Positions 1 to 9,698 of a stretch of DNA of 64,000 nucleotides are shown in pieces; position 1 is the first letter of the stretch; each line of letters begins with the position of its first letter. Both the position numbers and the translations under genes were made by a program. The notes beneath the pieces are model-generated. The model ran no database searches, was not told the DNA's origin, and saw nothing but the letters and a program-made list of their open reading frames with translations. Source of the DNA: Spirochaetia bacterium (GTDB lineage: Bacteria; Spirochaetota; Spirochaetia; SZUA-6; Bin103); contig OZ241863.1 of NCBI GenBank assembly GCA_965203055.1, forward strand, positions 3,936,001-4,000,000, read 5' to 3'.

Positions 1-1
1 G

Positions 2-109
2 GCCGCGGGCAGCGACTTCGAGGCGCTCTACCATCTGGCGCGCCTGGCGTACGGCGACCGGATCGACGAACCGAAGCAGCTCCGGCTATGGCAGGAGGAC
101 GCCGCCTGA
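2..109 (+). CDS. 3' end of a gene running in from the left edge (unknown; possibly the tail of a DUF1156-type DNA methylase)
   Basis: Open frame AAGSDFEALYHLARLAYGDRIDEPKQLRLWQEDAA* with GC3-rich codons, TGA at 107-109; family guess is from recollection only. Confidence 0.4.
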   Translation, partial: AAGSDFEALYHLARLAYGDRIDEPKQLRLWQEDAA

Positions 110-288
110 CCCTGCTCGCCGGAGACCGGTTCCTCCACGAAGAAGACCGCCGCACGCGGCGTCGGAGCCGGCCCTGCGGGCAGCTTGCCGACACGTTGGT
201 TGGTGCTCCCGACAGCCCGGCACAGCCCGGCAGGGCGGCGGTAGCGGACTTGCCGCGCCCGGAGTATGGTTGGCGTGGAGGATCACCG

Positions 289-1098
289 ATGGCTTACGCG
301 GCAGGTGCGCCAGGCACGGCACTCGCTCCGGTTGCTCCGGTCGAGATCGACTACCCCAGTTCGGACGGTAAGCCTTTGGCGGAAAGCTATTTTCAACTCA
401 TCCCTCTGGTCTACGCCTTCGACGCGCTGCGGCGCCACTACGCCCACCGCGACGACGTGTTCGTAGCGGCCGACCTGCTGATCTACTACCAGAGGAGAAC
501 CAAGAAGTCGGTTGCGCCGGACGTGTTCGTGGTGTTCGGCGCGGAGAATCGACCGCGCCACTCCTACCTGTTGTGGCAGGAACCGAAGGGGCCGGACTTC
601 GTGCTGGAGGTCACCTCGGCGAGCACCCAGGACAAGGACCTGGGGCCGAAGCGAGAGACGTACCGGCGGTTGGGAGTGCGGGAGTACTGGCAATACGACC
701 CGACGGGGGACTATCTGAAACCGCCGTTGCAGGGGCTGGAGCTGATCGGGGGAAGGTACCAGCGGCTGCCGGCGGAGGAGTTGGCGGACGGGACGCTGCG
801 GCTGGAGAGCGAGGTGCTGGGGCTGGAAGTGCGTCAGGAAGAGGAGAGGCTGCGGTTCTACGATCCGGCGACAGGGAGCTATCTGCTGTCGTCGGACGAA
901 GAACAACAGGGGCGGCTGCGGGAAGCCGCCGCCCGTCGCAAAGCGGAAGCCGCTCAGCGCCAGACGGAAGCGCGGCTCCACGACGAAGCCGCCGCCCGCC
1001 GCCAGGCGGAGGCCGCCCAGAGCCAAGCGGAAGCGCGCATCGCCGCGCTTGAGGCGCTGCTCCGCGAGCGGGGCGAGAGCGACACGCCAAGCAGATAA
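289..1098 (+). CDS. Uma2 family (PD-(D/E)xK) endonuclease with C-terminal coiled-coil repeat
   Basis: GGAGG at 277-281 then ATG 289; YPSSDGKPLAES, VAPDVFVVFG, PDFVLEVTSAST, LGVREYWQYDP. Confidence 0.9.
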   Translation: MAYAAGAPGTALAPVAPVEIDYPSSDGKPLAESYFQLIPLVYAFDALRRHYAHRDDVFVAADLLIYYQRRTKKSVAPDVFVVFGAENRPRHSYLLWQEPKGPDFVLEVTSASTQDKDLGPKRETYRRLGVREYWQYDPTGDYLKPPLQGLELIGGRYQRLPAEELADGTLRLESEVLGLEVRQEEERLRFYDPATGSYLLSSDEEQQGRLREAAARRKAEAAQRQTEARLHDEAAARRQAEAAQSQAEARIAALEALLRERGESDTPSR

Positions 1099-1180
1099 AC
1101 CGCCAACGAGGATGCGTTCGACCGGTGATAAAGAAGCTATTCGCGCGAGGCTGGGAAGCTGAGTAGACGTCGCAGGGTCG

Positions 1181-1939
1181 TCAGGGAGCGGCGCCGCCGC
1201 GTTTCCAGGGGGCGCGGCGCAGCACCGGGGCGTAGGCGTCATCTTCCAGGCTGATGCGCAGCGCCTGCAGCTCGGCGGCGCTCGGCTCGCGCGCCTGGAA
1301 TTCGAGGCGCCCGGCATCTTCCACCAGCGCCGCCGGCGTCTGTTCGGCTCCTTCCCCCATCTCCAGGACCGCGGCCGCGGCCAGTGACTGCACCAGGTTG
1401 GTCTTTTCCATGGTCAGGCGCCGGCCATACAGATCGGGCGCGCCGACGTAGTCGCGTAGCGCCAGAAAGCCGCAATGGGCGATGCCGCGGCCTACCACGC
1501 CCCAGTTCAGCGGAATACCGCCGCTGTCGGCGATTACCACGCCGAGCCGCGCGCGGCCCGCGGTGCGCTCCCGCAGCCGCCGCCACAGGTGGTTGGCGCT
1601 CCGCTGCGGGTCGCGCGGCCACAACGCCAGCCGGCCGGCGCCGTTGGACTGATCGATACCGGCGTTGACGAACATCCAGTTGCCCTTGATCGTAAGCATG
1701 ATGTCGTAACGCGAGGCGTGCGGCTCGAGGTACCACTCCGCTTCGGCGCGCACCAGCTCGTGCAGTTGCCGGCGGTCGCCGGCGCGCCCGGTCAGCCGGC
1801 CCTCGGCGATGCTGACCACCTTGGAAGCCACCACCACCACGCAACGGTCGGGCAACGGCAGCGGCAGGCTGGCGGCCAGCTCCTGCGCCAGGTCGCTGCC
1901 GGGCCGGATCAGCGGAGTGCGGATCGCGGTGACGGTCAC
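1181..1939 (-). CDS. CofE-family (F420-0:gamma-glutamyl ligase-like) gamma-glutamyl ligase
   Basis: IRTPLIRPGSDL, VASKVVSIAEG, NAGIDQSN, VVIADS, DLYGRRL, MGEGAEQTP. Confidence 0.85.
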   Translation of the reverse strand: MTVTAIRTPLIRPGSDLAQELAASLPLPLPDRCVVVVASKVVSIAEGRLTGRAGDRRQLHELVRAEAEWYLEPHASRYDIMLTIKGNWMFVNAGIDQSNGAGRLALWPRDPQRSANHLWRRLRERTAGRARLGVVIADSGGIPLNWGVVGRGIAHCGFLALRDYVGAPDLYGRRLTMEKTNLVQSLAAAAVLEMGEGAEQTPAALVEDAGRLEFQAREPSAAELQALRISLEDDAYAPVLRRAPWKRGGAAP

Positions 1940-1946
1940 CCGCAGG

Positions 1947-3425
1947 TCACGGGAGGCAGTGCTGGTAGCCGCGGGCGTTGGCCAGGGCGAGCCCGCCGGC
2001 GATGCTGCGATAGAAGTCGAAGCGCACGATGCGTCCCGGAAACAATTCCTCCAGCCGCGCCTGCACCGGCAGGAGTTGCGACGAGCCGCCGGTGCACACC
2101 ACCCGATCGACCTGCTCGGCCGCGACGCCGGTCCGGTGCAGCAACGCCGCCACTACCGCGTCGATCTCCGCCACTACCGGCTGCAGGATCTCCTCCAACC
2201 TGGCGCGGTCCAGCGTCACTTCCAGATCGATCTCCGGCAAACAGATCGCCGCCCGGTCGGCCTGCGACAGGCGCGCCTTGGCCCGTTCGGTGGCGTTCAG
2301 CAGAGCATACGCGTAGTTGCCGCGGATCAACCGCCACAGTCGGCCCAGCTTGCGCTGCTGGTCGGCGCCGGAACGCAGCGCGGCGAACAACGTTTCCATC
2401 AGGTCGGGTTGGTTCATCATGTAGGCCATCTGCCAGTTCAGCAGGTAGTCGGCGTAGCGATAGAACGGAAACACGGTGTCCGGCTGGCGCAGATGTTGGG
2501 CGCTCTTGATCGGGCTTCCCTCGCCCAGCTCCGGGAACACCAGCCGTTTGATGATGAGCTGATCGATATGGTTGCCGCCCAGCGGCAGCCCCTCGGTGCC
2601 CAGCACGTGGAACTGCGCGCCGCGGCACTCCAGCAGGCACAGATCCAGGGTGCCGCCGCCGAAGTCGAAGGTAAGCAGGACCTGCGCGCCGGCCTGCTGC
2701 GCCGCGCGCGCCGCGGCAAGCAGCCCGCGGCGCGCCGGCGCTGCCGCCGCCGGGGCGGCCTGGCCGCGGGCGTGCAGGTAGCTGAGGCTCGCCGCCACCG
2801 GCTCCGGGTAGAACGAGAAGTTGGTGAAGCCGGCATGGCGGCAGGCCTCGGTCAGACGCGCCATGGCGATGGTGTTGGCGTCGTCGTCGCCGACGAAGCG
2901 GACCGGGCGGCCGAGGTGCAGCGTGCGGCTGACGTCGCGGCCCGCGGCGGCAATGCGCTTGCGCAGCTCGGTAAGGATCAGGGTAACCAGCGCTACGGTG
3001 CGGAACTGGCGATGGAACACCTTGAATCGTTCCTGGGCGCGGATTCCGAGGTAGCTCTTGAGCCCGCGAAACAGCCGTCCGGGAAGTTCCGCGTCGTCGT
3101 CGCCGCGCACGCGCACCGCGACCTCGACCGCGTCGCCCTCGGCGTGGCCCGGCGCGCTGCCGCCGTCGGTGGCGTTTACCGTCATGGCGATGGTGCCCAG
3201 ATCTATCTTGCGCAGGCGCACTACCCGGCCGACGTTGTCGCCCAGGTAGCCGGCGATGGCGGCGCTGCCGACGGTGTGCTCCATGGAGCGCCGAATATAG
3301 AGAGCTGTCGGCATCACGGTGGCAGGCTCAGCGAGCGGATCAAGTTTGAGGTACGTGATCTGGTCGCCATCGGCCACTGCAACCGTGGTGTTGGTGGTGC
3401 CGAAATCGAGTCCGATGCCGATCAT
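1947..3425 (-). CDS. Hsp70-family protein (YegD-like)
   Basis: IGLDFGTTN, PEPVAA, FDFGGGTLD, TGGSS actin-fold motifs; start at MIGIG. Confidence 0.9.
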   Translation of the reverse strand: MIGIGLDFGTTNTTVAVADGDQITYLKLDPLAEPATVMPTALYIRRSMEHTVGSAAIAGYLGDNVGRVVRLRKIDLGTIAMTVNATDGGSAPGHAEGDAVEVAVRVRGDDDAELPGRLFRGLKSYLGIRAQERFKVFHRQFRTVALVTLILTELRKRIAAAGRDVSRTLHLGRPVRFVGDDDANTIAMARLTEACRHAGFTNFSFYPEPVAASLSYLHARGQAAPAAAAPARRGLLAAARAAQQAGAQVLLTFDFGGGTLDLCLLECRGAQFHVLGTEGLPLGGNHIDQLIIKRLVFPELGEGSPIKSAQHLRQPDTVFPFYRYADYLLNWQMAYMMNQPDLMETLFAALRSGADQQRKLGRLWRLIRGNYAYALLNATERAKARLSQADRAAICLPEIDLEVTLDRARLEEILQPVVAEIDAVVAALLHRTGVAAEQVDRVVCTGGSSQLLPVQARLEELFPGRIVRFDFYRSIAGGLALANARGYQHCLP

Positions 3426-3513
3426 GTTTGGGTGAACGAGACCAAGTATGTTAGGAGCCAGGCGCACGGTGCAAGAGTTTTCTTGAATGAGTCGGTTGGG
3501 GTATGCTGCGCAT

Positions 3514-4245
3514 ATGAATCCGCACAGCGGCGAGTGGGAAACTCTGAAGGTCGGCGGCGCCGCGATGCGCACGTTCGTGGCGCGCCCCGCGGCGGCGGCC
3601 GCGGCGGAGCGGGCGCCGGGGGTACTGGTGATCCAGCACGCGGGCGGCGTGGATCAGTTCGTACAGGGGATGGCGCGGCGTCTGGCGGCGGCCGGATACG
3701 TGGCCGCCGCCCCGGAGCTGTACCACCGCCAGGACCCGCCGCCGGAGGAGCCGCTGGAACGGATGGGGCAGCTCCGCGACGCGGAGATCATCGCCGACAG
3801 TGACGCGGCGCTCGACTGGCTCGGCGCGGCCGGGAGCGGCGGCGCGCGGCCGCTCGGGGTGGTCGGCTTCTGCATGGGGGGCCGCGCGGCCTACCTGTTG
3901 GCCGCGGCCAGCGATCGGCTGCAGGCGGCGGTGGCGTTCTACGGCGGCAACACCCGCGAGCCGTGGGGGAAGGGAGCCTCCCCCTTCGAGCGCCTCGGCG
4001 AGATCAGTTGTCCGGTGCTGGGGTTCTTCGGCGGCCGCGACGCCAATCCCTCGCCCGAGGACCGCGACGCGATCGCCGCCGAACTGACGCGCCACGGCGT
4101 GGAGCACCAGTTTCACCGCTATGCCGGCGCCGGTCACGGCTACATGGACTTCACCAACCCGACGCGCTACCACACCGAGGCCGCCAGCGATTCCTGGAGC
4201 CTGACGCTGGAGTTTCTGCAGCGCCATCTCTCCCGCGGAAGCTGA
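3514..4245 (+). CDS. dienelactone hydrolase family protein
   Basis: GFCMGG nucleophile elbow, AFYG, YAGAGHGY. Confidence 0.9.
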   Translation: MNPHSGEWETLKVGGAAMRTFVARPAAAAAAERAPGVLVIQHAGGVDQFVQGMARRLAAAGYVAAAPELYHRQDPPPEEPLERMGQLRDAEIIADSDAALDWLGAAGSGGARPLGVVGFCMGGRAAYLLAAASDRLQAAVAFYGGNTREPWGKGASPFERLGEISCPVLGFFGGRDANPSPEDRDAIAAELTRHGVEHQFHRYAGAGHGYMDFTNPTRYHTEAASDSWSLTLEFLQRHLSRGS

Positions 4246-4262
4246 CGGAACAGGGCGGCGAG

Positions 4263-5045
4263 TTGGCCGGCGCCGAATTCGAGAATCGGGCGGCGCTGGT
4301 GCCCGGCGGCGGCGGCGGCATCGGCCGCGCCGTGTGCCGGGCGCTGGCGCAGCGGGGCGCGCAGGTCACGGTTGCCGACCTGGACCCGGAGCGGGCGCAG
4401 GGGGTGGCCGCGGCCTTGCCGGGGGCCGCGGCGCATGCCGCCCTGGCGGTCGACGTCAGCGACCCCGCGGCGGTGGCGGCCGCGGTTGCGGGGTTGGCGC
4501 GGATCGACTTCCTGGTGTACTGCGCGGGCAACAACGTCAAGGCGCCCTCCCTGGAATTGAGCGCCGAACAGTGGCGCGCCGCCCTCGACAGCCACCTGAC
4601 CGGCGCCTTTCTGTTCAGCCAGGCGGTGGGCCGGCGGCTGGTCGCCGGCGGCCGGGGCGGGCGCATCGTCTATATCTCGTCGGTCGGCGCGTGGGCGCCG
4701 ATCCCGGAACGCGGCGCCTACAGTCCCTCCAAGGCCGCCCTCAACAGTCTCGCCGGAATGCTGGCCGTGGAGTGGGCGCGCTACGGCATCAACGTCAATG
4801 CCGTATGCCCCGGCGTGGCGGACACGCCGATGACGAAGCTGGTCTATGCCCGCGACCCGGCGCTGCAGGCGGCGCGGCGCAAGCGCATGCCGATCCCGCG
4901 CGAGGTGCGGCCGGAAGAAATCGCGGAACTGGTGGCGTTTCTCTGCGGGCGCGGCGGCAACTACGTCAACGGCGCGGCCATTCCGATCGACGGCGGCTTC
5001 CTGCAGTCCGGCTTCATGCCGGAACCGGCGCCCGGCAACCAGTAG
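4263..5045 (+). CDS. SDR family oxidoreductase
   Basis: PGGGGGIG, YSPSK (YxxxK), NAVCPG, IDGG; TTG start assumed. Confidence 0.85.
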   Translation: MAGAEFENRAALVPGGGGGIGRAVCRALAQRGAQVTVADLDPERAQGVAAALPGAAAHAALAVDVSDPAAVAAAVAGLARIDFLVYCAGNNVKAPSLELSAEQWRAALDSHLTGAFLFSQAVGRRLVAGGRGGRIVYISSVGAWAPIPERGAYSPSKAALNSLAGMLAVEWARYGINVNAVCPGVADTPMTKLVYARDPALQAARRKRMPIPREVRPEEIAELVAFLCGRGGNYVNGAAIPIDGGFLQSGFMPEPAPGNQ

Positions 5046-5046
5046 G

Positions 5047-5250
5047 TCACGGCCGCGGGCCGGGCGCTCGTTCGCGCAGCAGGGCCTCGACCTCGCGCCG
5101 CAAGGCGCCGGCGCCGACTCCGTTGCGGGCGCACGCATCGTAGACGTGGGCGATCAGGTCGTCGACCTCCACCGGCGCCGCGTAATCGCGCGGCAGCAGG
5201 CCGCGCGCGCGCAGCAGGTTGATGGTGGCGTTGACCTCCAGCCGATTCAC
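5047..5250 (-). CDS. small hypothetical protein
   Basis: 67-aa ORF filling the gap, host-like codon use, TAGACT just upstream. Confidence 0.55.
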   Translation of the reverse strand: MNRLEVNATINLLRARGLLPRDYAAPVEVDDLIAHVYDACARNGVGAGALRREVEALLRERAPGPRP

Positions 5251-5364
5251 CGCGCCGCCAGTCTATGGGTTGCGGGAGTGCCCGGCAACCGCCCGCTTGC
5301 CGGCCGTCCGCCGCAACGAACCGGTCGGTAGCGGGCGGGGCCTGCGGCGTGATAGGTTGCCGGC

Positions 5365-5886
5365 ATGACCAGCCAACCGGGGCGCCTGCTGGCAATCGCT
5401 ACTCGACACCGCTCGCGCGGCGCCATGCTGGAGTTGCCGCGCGCCGCCGTTACCGGCCGCGGCGGCGTGGCGGACGACTTCCGCGGGCGCCCGGGACGGC
5501 GCCAAGTGACGGTGTTGAGCCTGGAGGATTGGCAGGCGGCGTGCGCCCAGGCGGGCCGCCCGGAGCTGCCGTGGACCACGCGCCGCGCCAACCTCCTGGT
5601 GACCGGCATCGAGCTGGCGGCCGCCAACCAGGCCGCCGCGGCCAGCGCCGCGGGGGGCGTACTGCGCGTCGGCGCGGTAGAACTGGAAGTGACCGGCGAG
5701 ACCGCGCCCTGCGACCGGATGGAAGAGGCCTGCCCGGGGTTGCGCGCCGCGCTGGCGGTGGGCGGGCGCGGCGGGGTGACCTGCCGCGTGCTGCGCGGCG
5801 GCGAGCTGGCCGCCGGCGACCCGGTGCGGCAGGAGCCGGCGCGGGCCGCGGCCGGAGCCGCGCCGGCACGGAGCGGCTCCGGCTAA
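5365..5886 (+). CDS. MOSC domain protein
   Basis: RQVTVLS, RRANLLVTG, LEVTGETAPCDRM, GGVTCRVLRGG. Confidence 0.9.
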   Translation: MTSQPGRLLAIATRHRSRGAMLELPRAAVTGRGGVADDFRGRPGRRQVTVLSLEDWQAACAQAGRPELPWTTRRANLLVTGIELAAANQAAAASAAGGVLRVGAVELEVTGETAPCDRMEEACPGLRAALAVGGRGGVTCRVLRGGELAAGDPVRQEPARAAAGAAPARSGSG

Positions 5887-5895
5887 GCCAAGACG

Positions 5896-7437
5896 ATGCG
5901 GTTGGCGGAACTGGCGGCGACTTCGCAGGAGGTCGCGCAGACCCGCTCGCGCAGCGCCAAGGTAGCCGCCCTGGCCGCCTGCCTGCGGCGGCTGGAGGAG
6001 GGCGAGCGCACCGCCGCCGTCGCTTGGCTGGCGGGTGAGCTTCCGCAAGGCCGGCTGGGGGTGGGCTACGCCGCCCTGGCGCAACCCGCGGCGCCGGCCG
6101 CGGGCGCGGCCTCGCTCGAGCTGCGGGAGGTGGGCGGCCTGCTGGACGCGGTGGCCGCGGCGCGCGGGCCGGGGGCGCGGCAACGGCGGGCGGAGTTGCT
6201 CGGGCGCCTCATGGCCCGGGCTACCGCCGAGGAGCAGCGCTTCCTGCGCCGGCTGGTGCTGCAGGAGCTGCGCCAGGGCGCCCTGGAAGGCGTCATGGTG
6301 GAGGCCCTCGCCGCGGCCGCCGGGGTCGCCGCCGCGGCGGTCCGGCGGGCGCTGTTGGTCGGCGGCTCACTGCCGGCGGTGGGCAGCGCGCTGCTTGGCG
6401 GCGGCGAGGCTGCGCTCGCCCGGTTCCGGCTCACGCTGTTCCGCCCGTTGCTGCCGATGCTGGCCCAGACCGCGCCCGACGTCGCCGGCGCGCTGCGGCG
6501 CACCGGCCCGGCCTCGGTGGAGACCAAGTATGACGGCGCGCGGGTCCAGGTCCACCGCGCCGGCTCGCGGGTCGAGATCTACACGCGCAATCTGCGCGAG
6601 CTGTCCGCCAACCTGCCGGAAATCGCGGCCGCGGCGGCGCGGCTGCCGCTGGACCGCATGATTCTGGACGGCGAGGTGATCGCGTTGCGCCGCGACGGCC
6701 AACCGCATCCGTTCCAGGTCACCATGAGCCGCTTCGGCCGCCGGCAGGCGCCGGCGCGCGGCGCCGCGGCTCTGCCCCTCAGCGCCTTCTTCTTCGATTG
6801 CCTGCATCTGGACGGGGCCGACCTGCCGGACCGTCCCCTGAGCGAGCGGCTGGAAGCGCTGGATGCGGCCTGTCCCGCGGCGCTGCGCGTGCCTCGGCTG
6901 GCCACCTCCGATCCCGAGCAGGCCGAGCGCCAAGCCGCGCAGGCCCGGGCCGCCGGCCACGAGGGAGTGATGCTCAAGTCTCTCGCCAGCCCCTACGCCG
7001 CGGGGCGGCGGGGCGCGGGTTGGCTCAAGGTCAAGCCGGCCCATACCTTCGATCTGGTGGTGGTGGCGGTGGAATGGGGCTCGGGCCGCCGCCGCGGGCA
7101 CCTGAGCAACCTGCACCTGGCGGCGCGCGACGCCGAACGCGGCGGGTTCGCGCCGGTCGGCAAGACCTTCAAGGGCCTGAGCGACGAGCTGCTGCGCTGG
7201 CAGACGCAACGGTTCCTGGGCCTGGAGACCCACCGCCGGGGGCCGGTGGTATACGTGCGCCCGGAGCAGGTGGTGGAAATCGCCTGCGACGGCATCCAGA
7301 CCAGCTCCCGCTACGCATGCGGGATGGCGCTGCGCTTCGCGCGCGTCCGGGGCTACCGCGCGGACAAGCCGGCGGCGGCGGCCGACACCGTCGCCGCCCT
7401 GCGCGCCCTCCACCGCCAGGCTCTTGGCGCCGCGTGA
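5896..7437 (+). CDS. ATP-dependent DNA ligase
   Basis: ETKYDGARVQVH (KxDG), LDGEV, EGVMLK, WLKVK, ALRFARV. Confidence 0.93.
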   Translation: MRLAELAATSQEVAQTRSRSAKVAALAACLRRLEEGERTAAVAWLAGELPQGRLGVGYAALAQPAAPAAGAASLELREVGGLLDAVAAARGPGARQRRAELLGRLMARATAEEQRFLRRLVLQELRQGALEGVMVEALAAAAGVAAAAVRRALLVGGSLPAVGSALLGGGEAALARFRLTLFRPLLPMLAQTAPDVAGALRRTGPASVETKYDGARVQVHRAGSRVEIYTRNLRELSANLPEIAAAAARLPLDRMILDGEVIALRRDGQPHPFQVTMSRFGRRQAPARGAAALPLSAFFFDCLHLDGADLPDRPLSERLEALDAACPAALRVPRLATSDPEQAERQAAQARAAGHEGVMLKSLASPYAAGRRGAGWLKVKPAHTFDLVVVAVEWGSGRRRGHLSNLHLAARDAERGGFAPVGKTFKGLSDELLRWQTQRFLGLETHRRGPVVYVRPEQVVEIACDGIQTSSRYACGMALRFARVRGYRADKPAAAADTVAALRALHRQALGAA

Positions 7438-7470
7438 CCGGCGGCGCCTGCCCCGCTACCATGGGGCCAC

Positions 7471-7878
7471 GTGAACGCCGCAGCATCCAGTTCGAACGAC
7501 GACCCGCTGATCACCTGGTTGGTGGGCATCGACGGCGTGGTACCACCGAATTGCGTGGAGGTGGTGCTCGCCGACGGCAGCCGCTACGCGCTGCACTCGA
7601 TGGCCCACCACGACAAACGTACCGGCGCCGCCCTGATGCGCATCTGGGACTTTCGCGCGCTGTCCGACGACGACATGGATAACCTGCGCGAAAAGGTCCA
7701 GACCCTTACCGACGCTGCTTCCCTGGCGCAGCCCGCTACTCTGCACCCGCAGTTGTCCTGGGCCGTGGTACGCTTGCGCCTGGACGACGTGGCGCATTGC
7801 GTGGAGAGCTACGTGCCGCTGTGGCCGGAGCGGCAGGAGCCGCCGCCGGACCGGCCGCGCGGCATCGGCTTTCGGTAG
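7471..7878 (+). CDS. hypothetical protein
   Basis: 135-aa ORF with normal composition ending PRGIGFR; TACCAT 8 nt upstream. Confidence 0.7.
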   Translation: MNAAASSSNDDPLITWLVGIDGVVPPNCVEVVLADGSRYALHSMAHHDKRTGAALMRIWDFRALSDDDMDNLREKVQTLTDAASLAQPATLHPQLSWAVVRLRLDDVAHCVESYVPLWPERQEPPPDRPRGIGFR

Positions 7879-7948
7879 TGCCGCAGGGACAGGCCACGCC
7901 GGGCAGGTCGGCCAGGCGAACGAGGTGCGCGCGCCGCCGATCGCTCAT
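7874..7948 (-). pseudogene. N-terminal relic of a cupin-like gene
   Basis: ATGA-coupled to the PhyH stop; MSDRRRAHLVRLADLPGVACPCGTT, then runs into the convergent gene. Confidence 0.45.
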
Positions 7949-8715
7949 CGCGTGCCCCCGTCCACGTCGAGCAGGTAGCGCTGCGCCGGCGACAGCCGGG
8001 CCGCGGTCGGCGGGCGCAGAAAGGCGCGCTGGTCGGTCTGCTGCGCCTGGCCGCGCGGGTTAAAGTAGCAGTGCAGCGCCCGGCGTTGCGCGGCCCGGGT
8101 CCGGTTCAAGGTACCGCCGTGCCAAGTGTAGGAGTTGAACACGGCGACGCTGCCGGCGGGGCCGACCAGCAGTTCCTGCTGCGGGTGCGGCGCCGCGGGG
8201 TCGTCCAGCGCCTCCGCCGGCGGCGGGCGCCGCCAGGAGCCGGGCACTACGCGGGTGCAGCCGTTCTCCGCGCTGAAGTCGTCGAGCATCCACACCGAGT
8301 TGCAGCCGTAGCGCGGCGGGGCCGCGTCGCGCCGCCCGTCCTGATGCAGGGCCTGCAGCCCTTCGCCGGGCAGGGCGTCGCGCGCGTTCAGCGAACCGAG
8401 GTGGAACGGGGCGCCGATTACCTCATGGACCGCGGCCAGCAGCCGCGGATGCGACCACACGCCGTCGAACACGCTGCCCTTGTTCACCAGATCGGCCAGC
8501 CGCCGCGCGCCCGCCTCCTGATGCACCTCCAGGCCTGCCTTGGCCCCCTCCTCCGCCACCAGCTCCTCGAAGCGGGCGCGCAACGCCGCCAGCCACGCCT
8601 GATCGATCACCCCGCGCAGCAGGGTGTATCCTTTGTGCCGCAACTCGCGGCGCTGGCGGTCACTGAGCAACTCGGGCGCTGCCCCCAGCTCCCGGAGACA
8701 CTGATTCATCGTCAT
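7945..8715 (-). CDS. phytanoyl-CoA dioxygenase (PhyH) family
   Basis: LHQD, LDDFSAENGCTRVVPGS, TWHGG. Confidence 0.9.
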   Translation of the reverse strand: MTMNQCLRELGAAPELLSDRQRRELRHKGYTLLRGVIDQAWLAALRARFEELVAEEGAKAGLEVHQEAGARRLADLVNKGSVFDGVWSHPRLLAAVHEVIGAPFHLGSLNARDALPGEGLQALHQDGRRDAAPPRYGCNSVWMLDDFSAENGCTRVVPGSWRRPPPAEALDDPAAPHPQQELLVGPAGSVAVFNSYTWHGGTLNRTRAAQRRALHCYFNPRGQAQQTDQRAFLRPPTAARLSPAQRYLLDVDGGTR

Positions 8716-8870
8716 GGCAGTTTCGCAGGAACAGCATGGCGCGCAACGGGCAGACAAGGCAAACGGCGCCGCGCGGGCGTCCTGCGCCGGGTGGCGGCCA
8801 GCGCGGCGGGGCTGCTACCCTGCCGGCGGGCCGCTGCCGGCGCGCGCGGCCGGCATGAGGAGGAGACCGG

Positions 8871-9671
8871 ATGGACTTGGAACTGCAGGGACGCACCGCG
8901 GTGGTGACCGGAGGCAGCCGCGGCATCGGTCGCGCGGTGGCCGCGGAGCTGGCTGCGGCCGGGGTGGCGGTAGTCATCGCGGCGCGCCGGCGCGGGCCGC
9001 TGCAGGCCGCGGCCGAGCAACTGGGCGGCGGCGCGCGCCGGCGGGTGGTCGCGGTGCCGGCGGACACGACCGACGACGCCTCGGTACGCGCCTTGATGCA
9101 ACGCGCGGCCGCGGAGCTGGGCGGCGTCGACATTCTGGTCAACTGCGCGGCGCCGGTGGCGTGGCTGGCCCCCAACCCGCGGCTCGCCGATCTCACCGGC
9201 GATCAGTTCGAGCAGGCGCTGGACGTGAAGGTGATGGGCTACCTGCGCTGTGCGCGGGAGGCCGCCCCGCTCATGCGCCGGCGCGGCTGGGGCCGCATCA
9301 TCAACGTTGCCGGGCTGGCGGCGCGGCGCGCAGGCTCCATAATCGGCAGCATCCGCAACGCCGGGGTGGTGGCGCTCACCAGGAATCTCGCCGCCGAGCT
9401 GGGCGCGCACGGCATCAACGTGACCTGCGTCCATCCCGGGGCCACGCGCACCGAGCTCACCCCGGAGCTGGTCGCGCGGCGCGCCGCGGCGGAGCGCCGG
9501 CCGGCCGCGGCAATCGAACAGGAGCTGGCCGCCGACACGGCGATCGGGCGCATGGTCACGGCGCACGACGTCGCCTGCCTGGTGTGCTTCCTCGCCTCGC
9601 CGCGCTCCGCCGCCCTGCAGGGCGACGTGATAACAGCCGCCGGCGGCGCGAGCGGCGAAATCCGCTATTGA
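8871..9671 (+). CDS. SDR family oxidoreductase
   Basis: GAGGAG SD; TGGSRGIG, DILVNCA, VHPGAT; lacks canonical YxxxK (GSIRN). Confidence 0.88.
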   Translation: MDLELQGRTAVVTGGSRGIGRAVAAELAAAGVAVVIAARRRGPLQAAAEQLGGGARRRVVAVPADTTDDASVRALMQRAAAELGGVDILVNCAAPVAWLAPNPRLADLTGDQFEQALDVKVMGYLRCAREAAPLMRRRGWGRIINVAGLAARRAGSIIGSIRNAGVVALTRNLAAELGAHGINVTCVHPGATRTELTPELVARRAAAERRPAAAIEQELAADTAIGRMVTAHDVACLVCFLASPRSAALQGDVITAAGGASGEIRY

Positions 9672-9698
9672 GAGCGCTAGCGAGGAGGCGCGGGAGTC

